NCBI GenBank assembly: GCA_047617745.1
Contig: JBLGBN010000015.1
Coordinates: 1 to 21,421, forward strand
Origin: Candidatus Nanohaloarchaea archaeon
Lineage (GTDB): Archaea; Nanohalarchaeota; Nanosalinia; Nanosalinales; Nanosalinaceae
Direction of reading: 5' to 3'
DNA: 21,421 nucleotides
Shown: positions 1-7,689 of the stretch, piece by piece
Layout: each line of letters starts with the position of its first letter
Position numbering within the stretch: position 1 is the first letter of the stretch
Made by a program: the position numbers and the translations under genes
Notes under the pieces: generated by a model
Told to the model about the DNA's origin: nothing
The model's database searches: none
What the model saw: only the letters and a program-made list of their open reading frames with translations

Positions 1-36
1 ACAATCGAGGAAGTAGCAGAACACGAAATAACCTGA
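1..36 (+). other. Possible 3' end of a gene entering from outside the window (TIEEVAEHEIT*)
   Basis: Open frame ACA ATC GAG GAA GTA GCA GAA CAC GAA ATA ACC TGA. It could instead be only a repeat unit. Confidence 0.35.
4..21 (+). repeat. Direct repeat copy 1 (ATCGAGGAAGTAGCAGAA)
   Basis: Identical 18-mer at 1395-1412 (20/21 over 1-21 vs 1392-1412). Both copies are followed shortly by CTTATCT. Confidence 0.9.
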
Positions 37-66
37 TCTTATCTTACCTTACTTTTTCTAAAGCAT

Positions 67-474
67 CTAAACTATTCTTCTAGCGAGTATATGGACGCCT
101 CCACTATCAAAGCTTCCAGAATAAGAAGAATACTGTCTAATTTTTGTTCTAACTACAATTCTAACCCCTGAAAATCTTTTATCTACAGGTATAACCTTTG
201 CGTTATCTGGGTTGCTAGTTCCATCGACTACCTTATGATAGGTCCCAATCTGTTGGTTCGTTCCAGGAATTTCCTGGAATAAGCCAAATCCTGCCCAAAT
301 TGCGTCAGAGCTACCATAGCTCTCCTGAAAGTTATTAACAGATGCTTGAAAATTCTCTATATACCATACCTCTGCGTCCGGCACCTGAAACGAAAATTCT
401 TCCCAAGTAGCATTTGAACCGGAAGTTGATCTTGCTGGAGTAGTTTGACTAAATTCCTTTAATTCAATAGCCAT
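67..474 (-). CDS. Small beta-rich hypothetical protein (fibre tip/receptor-binding-like), paralogue of 474-878
   Basis: Start placed at MAIELK (ATG at 474) because of the TGATG overlap with the upstream stop and a GGAGG SD about 8 nt upstream. TWEEFSFQVPDAEVWYIEN and C-terminal GG..I..RRIV are shared with the neighbour. Confidence 0.75.
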   Translation of the reverse strand: MAIELKEFSQTTPARSTSGSNATWEEFSFQVPDAEVWYIENFQASVNNFQESYGSSDAIWAGFGLFQEIPGTNQQIGTYHKVVDGTSNPDNAKVIPVDKRFSGVRIVVRTKIRQYSSYSGSFDSGGVHILARRIV

Positions 475-878
475 CAAATAACCCTCCTTATTTGTACCGA
501 CCATTTCCCTCCGTTAATACTGTAATTATAGCTACTGTAAACTCTTACATGGGTAACGATATCTACAGTCTCATTACTCGCATAGAACCCTAACTCAATA
601 AGTTCACGCCCGCTTGAATTAATCGTATCCTGTGTAATTTGTTTCATGTACCGCTTACTTGTAATATCATTATTTGGTTCTCTCCTCCGAACACCGCTTC
701 TTGAGTACAATCCTTCATAGCCAGAACCACTACCTCCATAATGATAGAACAAAGCGTTCTCAAAATACCAGAGCTCTCCTTCAGGAATGCTAATTGATAA
801 CTCCGTATTCCATGTATCGCTGCCAGAAGCACTAAGAGCCGGAATATCTCCAGATTTATTTTTAGTCTCTACTGTCAT
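474..878 (-). CDS. Small beta-rich hypothetical protein, paralogue of 67-474
   Basis: 134-aa ORF with TAATG coupling to the upstream gene and a GGAGGT SD. Motifs TWNTELSISIPEGELWYFEN and C-terminal GGKWSVQIRRVI. Confidence 0.78.
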   Translation of the reverse strand: MTVETKNKSGDIPALSASGSDTWNTELSISIPEGELWYFENALFYHYGGSGSGYEGLYSRSGVRRREPNNDITSKRYMKQITQDTINSSGRELIELGFYASNETVDIVTHVRVYSSYNYSINGGKWSVQIRRVI

Positions 879-1333
879 TATCTTAAACCTCCAAATTCGG
901 GAGCTACACCGCTCCTATTAATCTTAGAACCTCCTGTTTTGCTTTCCACCCATCCTCTGCTAACCGCATCACTGTCGCTGGAGGGATCTGAAAGCCCAGT
1001 AATCCTGTTATTACCCAAATCCAGAGTATTTGAGAGAACAACAGAACCATCAGAACCTACTTCGAACTCCACATTTTCTTCCTCTGAACCTCCATAAAAC
1101 TGCAAATCTTCACTTCTAATGTTCAGCGCAGATACCGAAGAAAAGCTTAAAGCTCCGATACTGATCATGCCTGCACCAAGCTTCTTCAGAAAGCTACGTC
1201 TTGAGACCTCTCTAGATGATTCAGAAATTTTTCCAGAGCTGCTTTCCTCCTTAACCTTCTTCTTAAGCTTCCGATTCTGCTGTTCAAGTCTTTCAACTCG
1301 TTTTTCCAGTTTCCGAAGTTTTTCAGATTCCAC
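878..1333 (-). CDS. Coiled-coil + Tat-signal protein with tail-fibre-like motif
   Basis: GTG start, N-terminal heptad coiled coil, then VSRRSFLK with h-region and VSA. LDLGNNRITGLSDPSSDSDAVSRGWV resembles the phage fibre/trimeric adhesin neck motif. Confidence 0.78.
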   Translation of the reverse strand: MESEKLRKLEKRVERLEQQNRKLKKKVKEESSSGKISESSREVSRRSFLKKLGAGMISIGALSFSSVSALNIRSEDLQFYGGSEEENVEFEVGSDGSVVLSNTLDLGNNRITGLSDPSSDSDAVSRGWVESKTGGSKINRSGVAPEFGGLR

Positions 1334-1394
1334 AGATACTTAGCCTCATTCAGTACTTATAATTCTAAAAACATCTCTCATGAACGTAGACACC

Positions 1395-1412
1395 ATCGAG
1401 GAAGTAGCAGAA
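1395..1412 (+). repeat. Direct repeat copy 2 (ATCGAGGAAGTAGCAGAA)
   Basis: Identical to 4-21. Lies in the spacer between the two Tat-fibre genes and reads MNVDTIEEVAEYPF* on the + strand. Confidence 0.9.
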
Positions 1413-1433
1413 TATCCTTTCTAACTTATCTAA

Positions 1434-2804
1434 TCATCTTTCTGCACGGCGGGCAACATAGTTCAGAGTAGGGGAGTTATCTCCTCGAATTGATCTTGAA
1501 AGCGTAGCCCTTAATCTTATATCCGTACCAGTATTAATATCAGAAATTGAAGCGGGGGGAGTTACTCCAGAGCTATAGTTTGACCACCCTGAGCCATCAT
1601 TAATTTCTATGTCAAAGCTAGTAGAACCCTCGTTAAGTTCAGCTTGCCAGTTTAATCTATTCCAGGAAGAAATACCGGCAGGAATATTATTCCAAGATAT
1701 TACTGCTTCACCTGATTTTACATCTACAGTAGGCGTAATATCTTTCCATACATACGACATATCTGCCTGTCTATTTCCCCCCGAACTAACCCCTGCAACT
1801 ACATCGAAAGCGTCTACATCAACTGGCTGTGAGACAGAACCATAGTAATAACTCCATGCAAAGACCTGAGTTGCCTCAATTCTATATTCAGTTCCAGAAT
1901 TTAAGGTGCTGGTGAAATCAACTTGATCTCCAACACCAAGACTATCATTCGTTTCAATAACCGTTGAGTCGTTAACTCTGACAATTCTAGCTTTTCCAGG
2001 ATCATCACCGGTAGTTTTAACTTCACAATGAAGCCCATAAATCGTCGTATTAGGATTGATAATAACACCGTAGAAATCGTCCTGACTTGTATTATCGTTT
2101 CCTGCTCCATCCCCAGTATTTGGCAAATCTGGAGTATATGAAGGACCTGAACCTCTTCCTAGTTGGACGTTCCCATTCTTCACTTCAGTTCCTGTGTGAT
2201 TAACAGATACTTCAGATCCATTAAAGTCTACCGAACGCTGGTTAGCAAGAAATGGAACTTTTCCAGAACCTTCTAACCATTCTCCCCTGTCAACCGAGTA
2301 TACGTATAAATCTCTAGAGGAGGCTCCGTTATCGATCCAGATTTCGCCATCACTTGGATTGGACGGCTCTGTATTCTGAATATAATTAGGTCCAGCTATA
2401 TCTTGAGGCATATTTCCCTGTAAAGTTGCAGCATCCAAATTACTCTGATTTACAGCGTCAGCCGGGATGTATGAACTATTAGAATCCCATATCATTGTAC
2501 CGCCATCTACAATATTCTGGCCTTCAATATCATTACCGTTAGATAAAATATCAGAAATAGTGTTTTGGGTCGAACCTACTTTTCTATTCACCGAGAAGAA
2601 GCTAGCAGACGTGGCTGAGGAGAGCGCAACTCCCCCTAATCCAAGACCTGCCATCTTCAGAAAATTTCTTCTAGATACTTTTCTTGTTTTCTTCTCATTT
2701 CCTTCGCTTTCTTCAAGTCTATCAACCTTTTCTCTCAATTCTTGATTGGACTTCTCTAAATCCCTAATCTTACTTTCGAGCCTTTCAATGCTTTTATCTT
2801 TCAT
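1434..2804 (-). CDS. Coiled-coil + Tat-signal, phage tail-fibre-like surface protein
   Basis: 456 aa. N-terminal coiled coil, VSRRNFLK with h-region and TSA. Fibre-like motifs NLDAATLQG, PSNPSDGEIWID..DLYVY..GEW and C-terminal IRLRATLSR..SPTL. Confidence 0.8.
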   Translation of the reverse strand: MKDKSIERLESKIRDLEKSNQELREKVDRLEESEGNEKKTRKVSRRNFLKMAGLGLGGVALSSATSASFFSVNRKVGSTQNTISDILSNGNDIEGQNIVDGGTMIWDSNSSYIPADAVNQSNLDAATLQGNMPQDIAGPNYIQNTEPSNPSDGEIWIDNGASSRDLYVYSVDRGEWLEGSGKVPFLANQRSVDFNGSEVSVNHTGTEVKNGNVQLGRGSGPSYTPDLPNTGDGAGNDNTSQDDFYGVIINPNTTIYGLHCEVKTTGDDPGKARIVRVNDSTVIETNDSLGVGDQVDFTSTLNSGTEYRIEATQVFAWSYYYGSVSQPVDVDAFDVVAGVSSGGNRQADMSYVWKDITPTVDVKSGEAVISWNNIPAGISSWNRLNWQAELNEGSTSFDIEINDGSGWSNYSSGVTPPASISDINTGTDIRLRATLSRSIRGDNSPTLNYVARRAER

Positions 2805-2840
2805 AGAATTACTAATAGAGTCAGCGAATTATAAATCCGG

Positions 2841-3221
2841 TTAAACCTTTCTTAATCCAGGTAAAATCATTTCAAGACTAGGCGCTAACTCCATCCCATC
2901 AATCTCCTCTGGTTTTACCCATTCCAACCCATCAAAACTATCTTCCTGAATCTCAGGTTCGCCTTCAATTATTTCAGCCAGATAGCAGTGCCATAGAAAC
3001 AGTTGATCATCATGCTGAAACTCTCCCGAGTAAAACGGCTTCCTCAGCTCCACTTTGACCCCAATTTCCTCCCGGGCTCGTCTTACAGCGGCTTCGGTAG
3101 GGCTCTCATCATCCTCAACTTTGCCACCAGGGACCTCCCAGTAATTGTGGTCGTCTCTGTAAATCAATAGAATTTTTCCATCTTTAATTATCAGATTTCC
3201 AGCAAGTTCAGTCGGCTCCAT
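2841..3221 (-). CDS. Nudix hydrolase (MutT-like) with variant Nudix box
   Basis: WEVPGGKVEDDESPTEAAVRRAREEIGV. Confidence 0.9.
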   Translation of the reverse strand: MEPTELAGNLIIKDGKILLIYRDDHNYWEVPGGKVEDDESPTEAAVRRAREEIGVKVELRKPFYSGEFQHDDQLFLWHCYLAEIIEGEPEIQEDSFDGLEWVKPEEIDGMELAPSLEMILPGLRKV

Positions 3222-3388
3222 GTTAGAAGTTTGAGGTCCAGCTATAATTAATTCTGGCCTGTAAAACAGGTTTTATCGAGTAATAATCCGGTCTACGAAA
3301 CCTTAAATCGGTAGTTATCGGTATATATCAGAAGAATAACTGTTTAGGGAACCATTTTATTTAGGGGTTAGCAAATTAGTAATACCAG

Positions 3389-5254
3389 ATGAACCTGAAG
3401 AGTATTCTGCCCCGGATGGAGGAGAAAGACTCCGAGTTCGAAAAGGAGCTGAAAGAGTTGCAGGAACAGGAAGAGGAAGAACTCATACAGGGATTGAACG
3501 AGGCTCTGGAGAAGTCGCTGAAAGAAAAGGAATCTGAATGGCGGCAGGCTTTCGAGAGTTACCGGAAGAACGACAGGAAGAGATTTCTGCAGATACTTGA
3601 CGAGATCAAGTCGGAATTCTTTGAAGATATAGTAGACGATGTATCCCAGGTAGCTGAAGAGGAGCATGAAAGGATAGCTGAGCTGATAGAATCACATTTT
3701 GAGGAGCTGGAACAGCAGAACCTCAGCTTCCAGCACGATCTAAAAGAAGAACTCAAGGGTTCAAAAGAGGAGATCTCAGAAGAAATCCAGCAGGAGCTGG
3801 AGATAACCGAGAACAACCTGAACGAGAACCTGAAAGAGGTAAGGGAGAAAACTGTTGACAAAGAAAGATTCAGGGAACGAAGCAGAGAGCTAGGTGAACA
3901 GCTAAACGAGATACAGGAAAAATTTACTGACAGAGAGGATAAATTCGAAGAGCTGGAAGAAAAGAAGGCCAATGTTGAGAGAGTTGAGGAACTTAAGTCA
4001 GAGGTAGAAAAAGAGCGTCAGGGAGCCCTAATGGAGATGGAAGGCCGGTTAGACCGTTTCAAAGACAAAATTGAGAGTAAGGTGGATAAACGGGAGCGAA
4101 GCCTTGAAGACGTAAAGGAAAATATACAGAAAGTCCGTGACTGGAACACAGAGCAGGAAAACAGGATAAAAGCAGTAGAAGAAAGTAAGGCGGACAAAGA
4201 AAAGGTTCAGTCTGTAGAAGACGGTCTAGAATCCAAAGTTGACGATGGAGACCTGCAGGACCAGATAAGAGAGGTCCAACAGGAAATCGATTCCGAAAAA
4301 CCAAGCTACAGCGATTTAGAAGAGCTTGAAGACGATATAAAAGACATTAGAAACTGGAATGAAGAGCAGAAAGAGAAAATAGGAAATCTTGAGGATAATA
4401 AGGCGGATAACCAGCGGTTTGAATCAGTTGAAGAGAAAATTGATTCTAAAGCCGATCACCACGAAGTTAACGAACTGGAAAGTAAGGTTGAAGAGCTGGA
4501 GTCTAATCTTGAAGGAAAAGCTGACGCTGAGGAGCTCCAGGCACATATAGATACTTTCAAACGGAGGATTGACTCAGCCACCGGGAACATTAGCGGCGAT
4601 GAGATGTCCGAGGTAAAAGAGGAGATAGAGAAAGAGAAGGAGATGCTGCGTGCAGAAGCAGACAGGTTAAGAGAGGAAATAGAAGAGAAAGCAGGGTCGA
4701 ATTCTAATTCAGAAAGTAATGTAGATATTTCGGGATATGAACTGGAAGAGCTGGAGCAGAAGCTGCAGAAGAAGATCAGAAAGAATAGGGAGAATATACT
4801 CAATAAACTAGAGTCAGAACTTGAGAACACACCTGAACAGAGAAAAATTCGGGATCTGGAAAATAGTGTGGAGAAACTCAGAAGAGAAATTGATCAAGTT
4901 AAATCCAGTGGGTCAACCCCGACACAGCAATCAGGTAACGAGGACACATATGATGATTCAGGCGCAACAACTGAGCAAGAAACAGATACAGAATCAGAAA
5001 CCGGATCCGAAACTTCAGATGAAGGACCCTTCATTCCTGGGGACTTGAACAAGTCGATGATGGGCGACCGGGTAACCGTAAAAGGGAAACTAAAGTTCAG
5101 AAGAACAGTATCCGGATCACACCTATACGCTCTAAACGGCCCAAGGTCATGGATTATAGTGAAGTCCGAGGATGAACTTGAGGAAGGCGAGCAAGTTCTA
5201 AGTGGAAAACTTGACATGCTTGAAGACAATATCTATCTCAAAACTGACGCTTGA
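3389..5254 (+). CDS. Long acidic coiled-coil protein with KAD-type repeats and small C-terminal OB-fold-like domain
   Basis: 621 aa of E/K-rich heptads, an S/T/E linker, and C-terminal IPGDLNKSMMGDRVTVKGKL. No Walker motifs. Confidence 0.8.
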   Translation: MNLKSILPRMEEKDSEFEKELKELQEQEEEELIQGLNEALEKSLKEKESEWRQAFESYRKNDRKRFLQILDEIKSEFFEDIVDDVSQVAEEEHERIAELIESHFEELEQQNLSFQHDLKEELKGSKEEISEEIQQELEITENNLNENLKEVREKTVDKERFRERSRELGEQLNEIQEKFTDREDKFEELEEKKANVERVEELKSEVEKERQGALMEMEGRLDRFKDKIESKVDKRERSLEDVKENIQKVRDWNTEQENRIKAVEESKADKEKVQSVEDGLESKVDDGDLQDQIREVQQEIDSEKPSYSDLEELEDDIKDIRNWNEEQKEKIGNLEDNKADNQRFESVEEKIDSKADHHEVNELESKVEELESNLEGKADAEELQAHIDTFKRRIDSATGNISGDEMSEVKEEIEKEKEMLRAEADRLREEIEEKAGSNSNSESNVDISGYELEELEQKLQKKIRKNRENILNKLESELENTPEQRKIRDLENSVEKLRREIDQVKSSGSTPTQQSGNEDTYDDSGATTEQETDTESETGSETSDEGPFIPGDLNKSMMGDRVTVKGKLKFRRTVSGSHLYALNGPRSWIIVKSEDELEEGEQVLSGKLDMLEDNIYLKTDA

Positions 5255-5303
5255 GTACCCTTAAAAGTGTTAGTACCGACTTTTTCTACACGCGGTTTTA
5301 CAT

Positions 5304-5378
5304 GCGGTCGTGGTGTAGTCTGGCCAAGCATGGTGGCCTTTCGAGCCGCCGACCCGGGTTCAAATCCCGGCGACCGCA
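5304..5378 (+). tRNA. tRNA-Glu(TTC)
   Basis: Acceptor GCGGTCG/CGACCGC, anticodon arm GTGGC-CTTTCGA-GCCGC, T arm CCGGG-TTCAAAT-CCCGG. No encoded CCA. Confidence 0.97.
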
Positions 5379-5719
5379 TTAACATCTTCTTCACTATACT
5401 CGATTCCCAGCGTTTCTCTGGCTTCCTCCGCGACCGATTCAAGTCTGTGCTCAACCATTGATTCAAGATAATTTTCTCCAAGTTCGTCGCCTTCATTCAT
5501 TGACAGAACTGAGAACCATGTTACATTCACATCTCTTCTCGTATAGAAATAGACTGTGCTACCGCTCCTCTCGGTTTCAGCAAGGAGCTCCTTCTCGCCT
5601 TCATCGTAATGTAGGATTTCCTCATTGGAAAGCAAGTGCTTAACCATGAAGTCGTACTCCCATGACTCAAGATTATACCGAAGTTCGGATTGCTCCATAA
5701 TATCTGTAGAAGAACCCAT
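5360..5719 (-). CDS. Hypothetical protein (C-terminus overlaps tRNA-Glu antisense)
   Basis: 119-aa acidic ORF co-oriented with upstream genes. Confidence 0.7.
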   Translation of the reverse strand: MGSSTDIMEQSELRYNLESWEYDFMVKHLLSNEEILHYDEGEKELLAETERSGSTVYFYTRRDVNVTWFSVLSMNEGDELGENYLESMVEHRLESVAEEARETLGIEYSEEDVNAVAGI

Positions 5720-5737
5720 TCATAAATCTGTTACGGT

Positions 5738-6049
5738 TCAGTCATAGTTCTGCTTGAAAGCTTTCAATCGGTACTCTAGTGTGTCAAATACTTCCTGTGC
5801 GGTTTCTTCCGATACAAAGTAGAGTTTCTTCCACTCTCCATCCACCTTCAGGTTGATTGAGTTGAGCACCGATCCAATCTCGTACTCTATATCTTTAACT
5901 CTGGCAAAATCAACGTTCTCCACCAGTTTTTCCCCACCCAACCTTTCCTTTCTTTCCTCTATCCAGTGGTTTTCGGATTCCTCCCTCTCAATATGCCTCT
6001 TTGAAATTGCTATATCTCCGAGATCTGATTCGAACTCTTCATATTCCAA
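5738..6049 (-). CDS. Hypothetical protein (PH-like beta domain plausible)
   Basis: 103-aa acidic ORF, TTG start preceded by a GGTGA SD, 2 nt after the citryl-CoA lyase stop. Confidence 0.72.
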   Translation of the reverse strand: MEYEEFESDLGDIAISKRHIEREESENHWIEERKERLGGEKLVENVDFARVKDIEYEIGSVLNSINLKVDGEWKKLYFVSEETAQEVFDTLEYRLKAFKQNYD

Positions 6050-6051
6050 AA

Positions 6052-6753
6052 CTATTCACCTGTGTACTCTCCATCTTCCCGTCTAAAGTCTTCTTCATCT
6101 ATTTCCTCCCTTACATGCGCGACGAGGCCAGGAGTCCTAGCTATTATGAAAATTCCTTTTCCAAGCCGGTGGTCCCAGCCCAGATCGCTCATAACTCCGG
6201 CGATCGCTCCGTCGATATTGATCACAAGACGTACTTTTCTTTCAGCAAACTCTCTCTGAATTTCTTTCATCTTTTCGGTGTATTCGGTTGGAAGACCCAG
6301 TTCTTCCGCTTTCTGGAAAATCTTCTCAGTCCGGGGATCCTTCTCCTCGTACACTTTATGTCCGAGACCCGGAATCTTCTCACCTTTCTCAAGTTTATCT
6401 TCTACTATTTCTTCAGCAGATTTCTCGCTCTGAAGCATCTCCATACAGTCCTCGATCGCTCCACCATGCTTGTCACCTAGCGATAGAATTCCCCCTGCAA
6501 CGCTCGCATTCATCTCGTTTCCGCCGCTCTGGATGGTTCTGGCGGAAACAGTTGAAGGATTTCCAACACCGTGATCTATGGAGGATGATAGAATTGTATT
6601 GAAAATTTCAGATTCCTCCACGGATGGTTTTTCACCGGTTAAGATGAGCCAGATAGCGTCGGCGAAATCCATATCCATAACTTCCTCGTGATCTACTCCT
6701 CGGATAACAGCGTCTTCGCCCGAGGAAGCTATATCAGTCTTCCATTCAGTCAT
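6052..6753 (-). CDS. ccl: Citryl-CoA lyase (citrate-synthase family)
   Basis: DHG, HGGA, IPGLGHK, DPR, NIDGAIA and ARTPGLVAH motifs. Stand-alone size of 233 aa. Confidence 0.9.
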   Translation of the reverse strand: MTEWKTDIASSGEDAVIRGVDHEEVMDMDFADAIWLILTGEKPSVEESEIFNTILSSSIDHGVGNPSTVSARTIQSGGNEMNASVAGGILSLGDKHGGAIEDCMEMLQSEKSAEEIVEDKLEKGEKIPGLGHKVYEEKDPRTEKIFQKAEELGLPTEYTEKMKEIQREFAERKVRLVINIDGAIAGVMSDLGWDHRLGKGIFIIARTPGLVAHVREEIDEEDFRREDGEYTGE

Positions 6754-6795
6754 AGGATTGTTATTCCTGCTCTACTGATTTATGGGTTATGGGGC

Positions 6796-7689
6796 TCAGT
6801 CCAGAACTTCGTCCAGTTTATCGCCGATCTCGTGGTGAACATCAACTACATGTGCTCCTGCTTCTCTGAGAACTTCTTCCTTATACGATGGTTTGCTTCT
6901 CTCTCCTCTTATTACAGCCCCAGCGTGCCCGTACTGTCTGGAGGGCATTTCCTCAGTGAACTTCCCTGCTATGAAAGCAACTAGAGGTTTTGTGAAGCCT
7001 CCACTTTCGACAAGCTCCGCTGCTTTCTCCTCGTAGGCTCCTCCCAGCTCTCCAAACATTACAACGGCTTCTGTCTGATTATCTTCCTCGAAAAGTTCGA
7101 GCGCGTCCTCAAAAGTTGTACCTGCTACCCGATCTCCCCCTAATCCAATCGCTGTCGAGACGCCATAACCTGCTTGCCTTACTACCCAAGCGGTCTCAGT
7201 CGTCATGCCGCCCGACTTGGAGATCACTCCTATTTTTCCGGATTTGTAGACTTTTTCCGGCTCCGATCCTCCTATCGGACCTAGCTTGCATTTCTCAGGT
7301 GATATTATTCCAACCGATGTCGGACCTACCACACGTGCGTCCTCTTCCTCCGCTTTCTCATGGATTCTCCAGGAATCCTTTGTCGGTACTCTCTCTGTCA
7401 CTATATCCAGCAGTTTGATTCCATTGTCCAGTGCCTCGAAAGCCGCTTCTTTCGCTGCAAACGGCGGCACATATACAAGCGAGGCGTTTATCTCAGGGTG
7501 TTCCTCTAGAGCTTCTTCCACCGAATCGTAGACAGGTACACCTTCAACTTCCTGACCTCCTTTACCCGGTGTTACCCCGGCAACCACGTCAGTTCCGTAT
7601 TCCAGCATTTCAGGAAGTTTCTCGGAAGCCTCTCTGCCGGTTATCCCCTGAACCAGTGCTTTAGTATCCTCGTCAATTAATATTGACAT
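6796..7689 (-). CDS. Citryl-CoA synthetase small (alpha, SucD-like) subunit
   Basis: VQGITG, GVTPGKGG, SKSGGMT, GELGG and phospho-His YGHAGA. Adjacent to ccl. Confidence 0.88.
   Translation of the reverse strand: MSILIDEDTKALVQGITGREASEKLPEMLEYGTDVVAGVTPGKGGQEVEGVPVYDSVEEALEEHPEINASLVYVPPFAAKEAAFEALDNGIKLLDIVTERVPTKDSWRIHEKAEEEDARVVGPTSVGIISPEKCKLGPIGGSEPEKVYKSGKIGVISKSGGMTTETAWVVRQAGYGVSTAIGLGGDRVAGTTFEDALELFEEDNQTEAVVMFGELGGAYEEKAAELVESGGFTKPLVAFIAGKFTEEMPSRQYGHAGAVIRGERSKPSYKEEVLREAGAHVVDVHHEIGDKLDEVLD

Noticed and set aside
1..1431. CRISPR array interpretation of the 18-bp repeat
   Set aside because: Only two copies 1.4 kb apart, with genes in between and no cas genes.
67..2804. Intact provirus
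   Set aside because: No integrase, capsid, portal or terminase in the window, and the fibre-like genes carry Tat signals.
3368..5229. Ser/Leu/Phe-rich minus-strand ORFs (and similar antisense ORFs across the window)
   Set aside because: Shadows of Glu/Lys-rich genes on the opposite strand.
3389..5254. SMC/Rad50
   Set aside because: No Walker A/B, signature motif, hinge or zinc hook.
5233..5496. ORFs 5233-5496(-) and 5267-5461(+)
   Set aside because: They run through the whole tRNA-Glu, and PGFEPGS is a typical tRNA antisense artefact.
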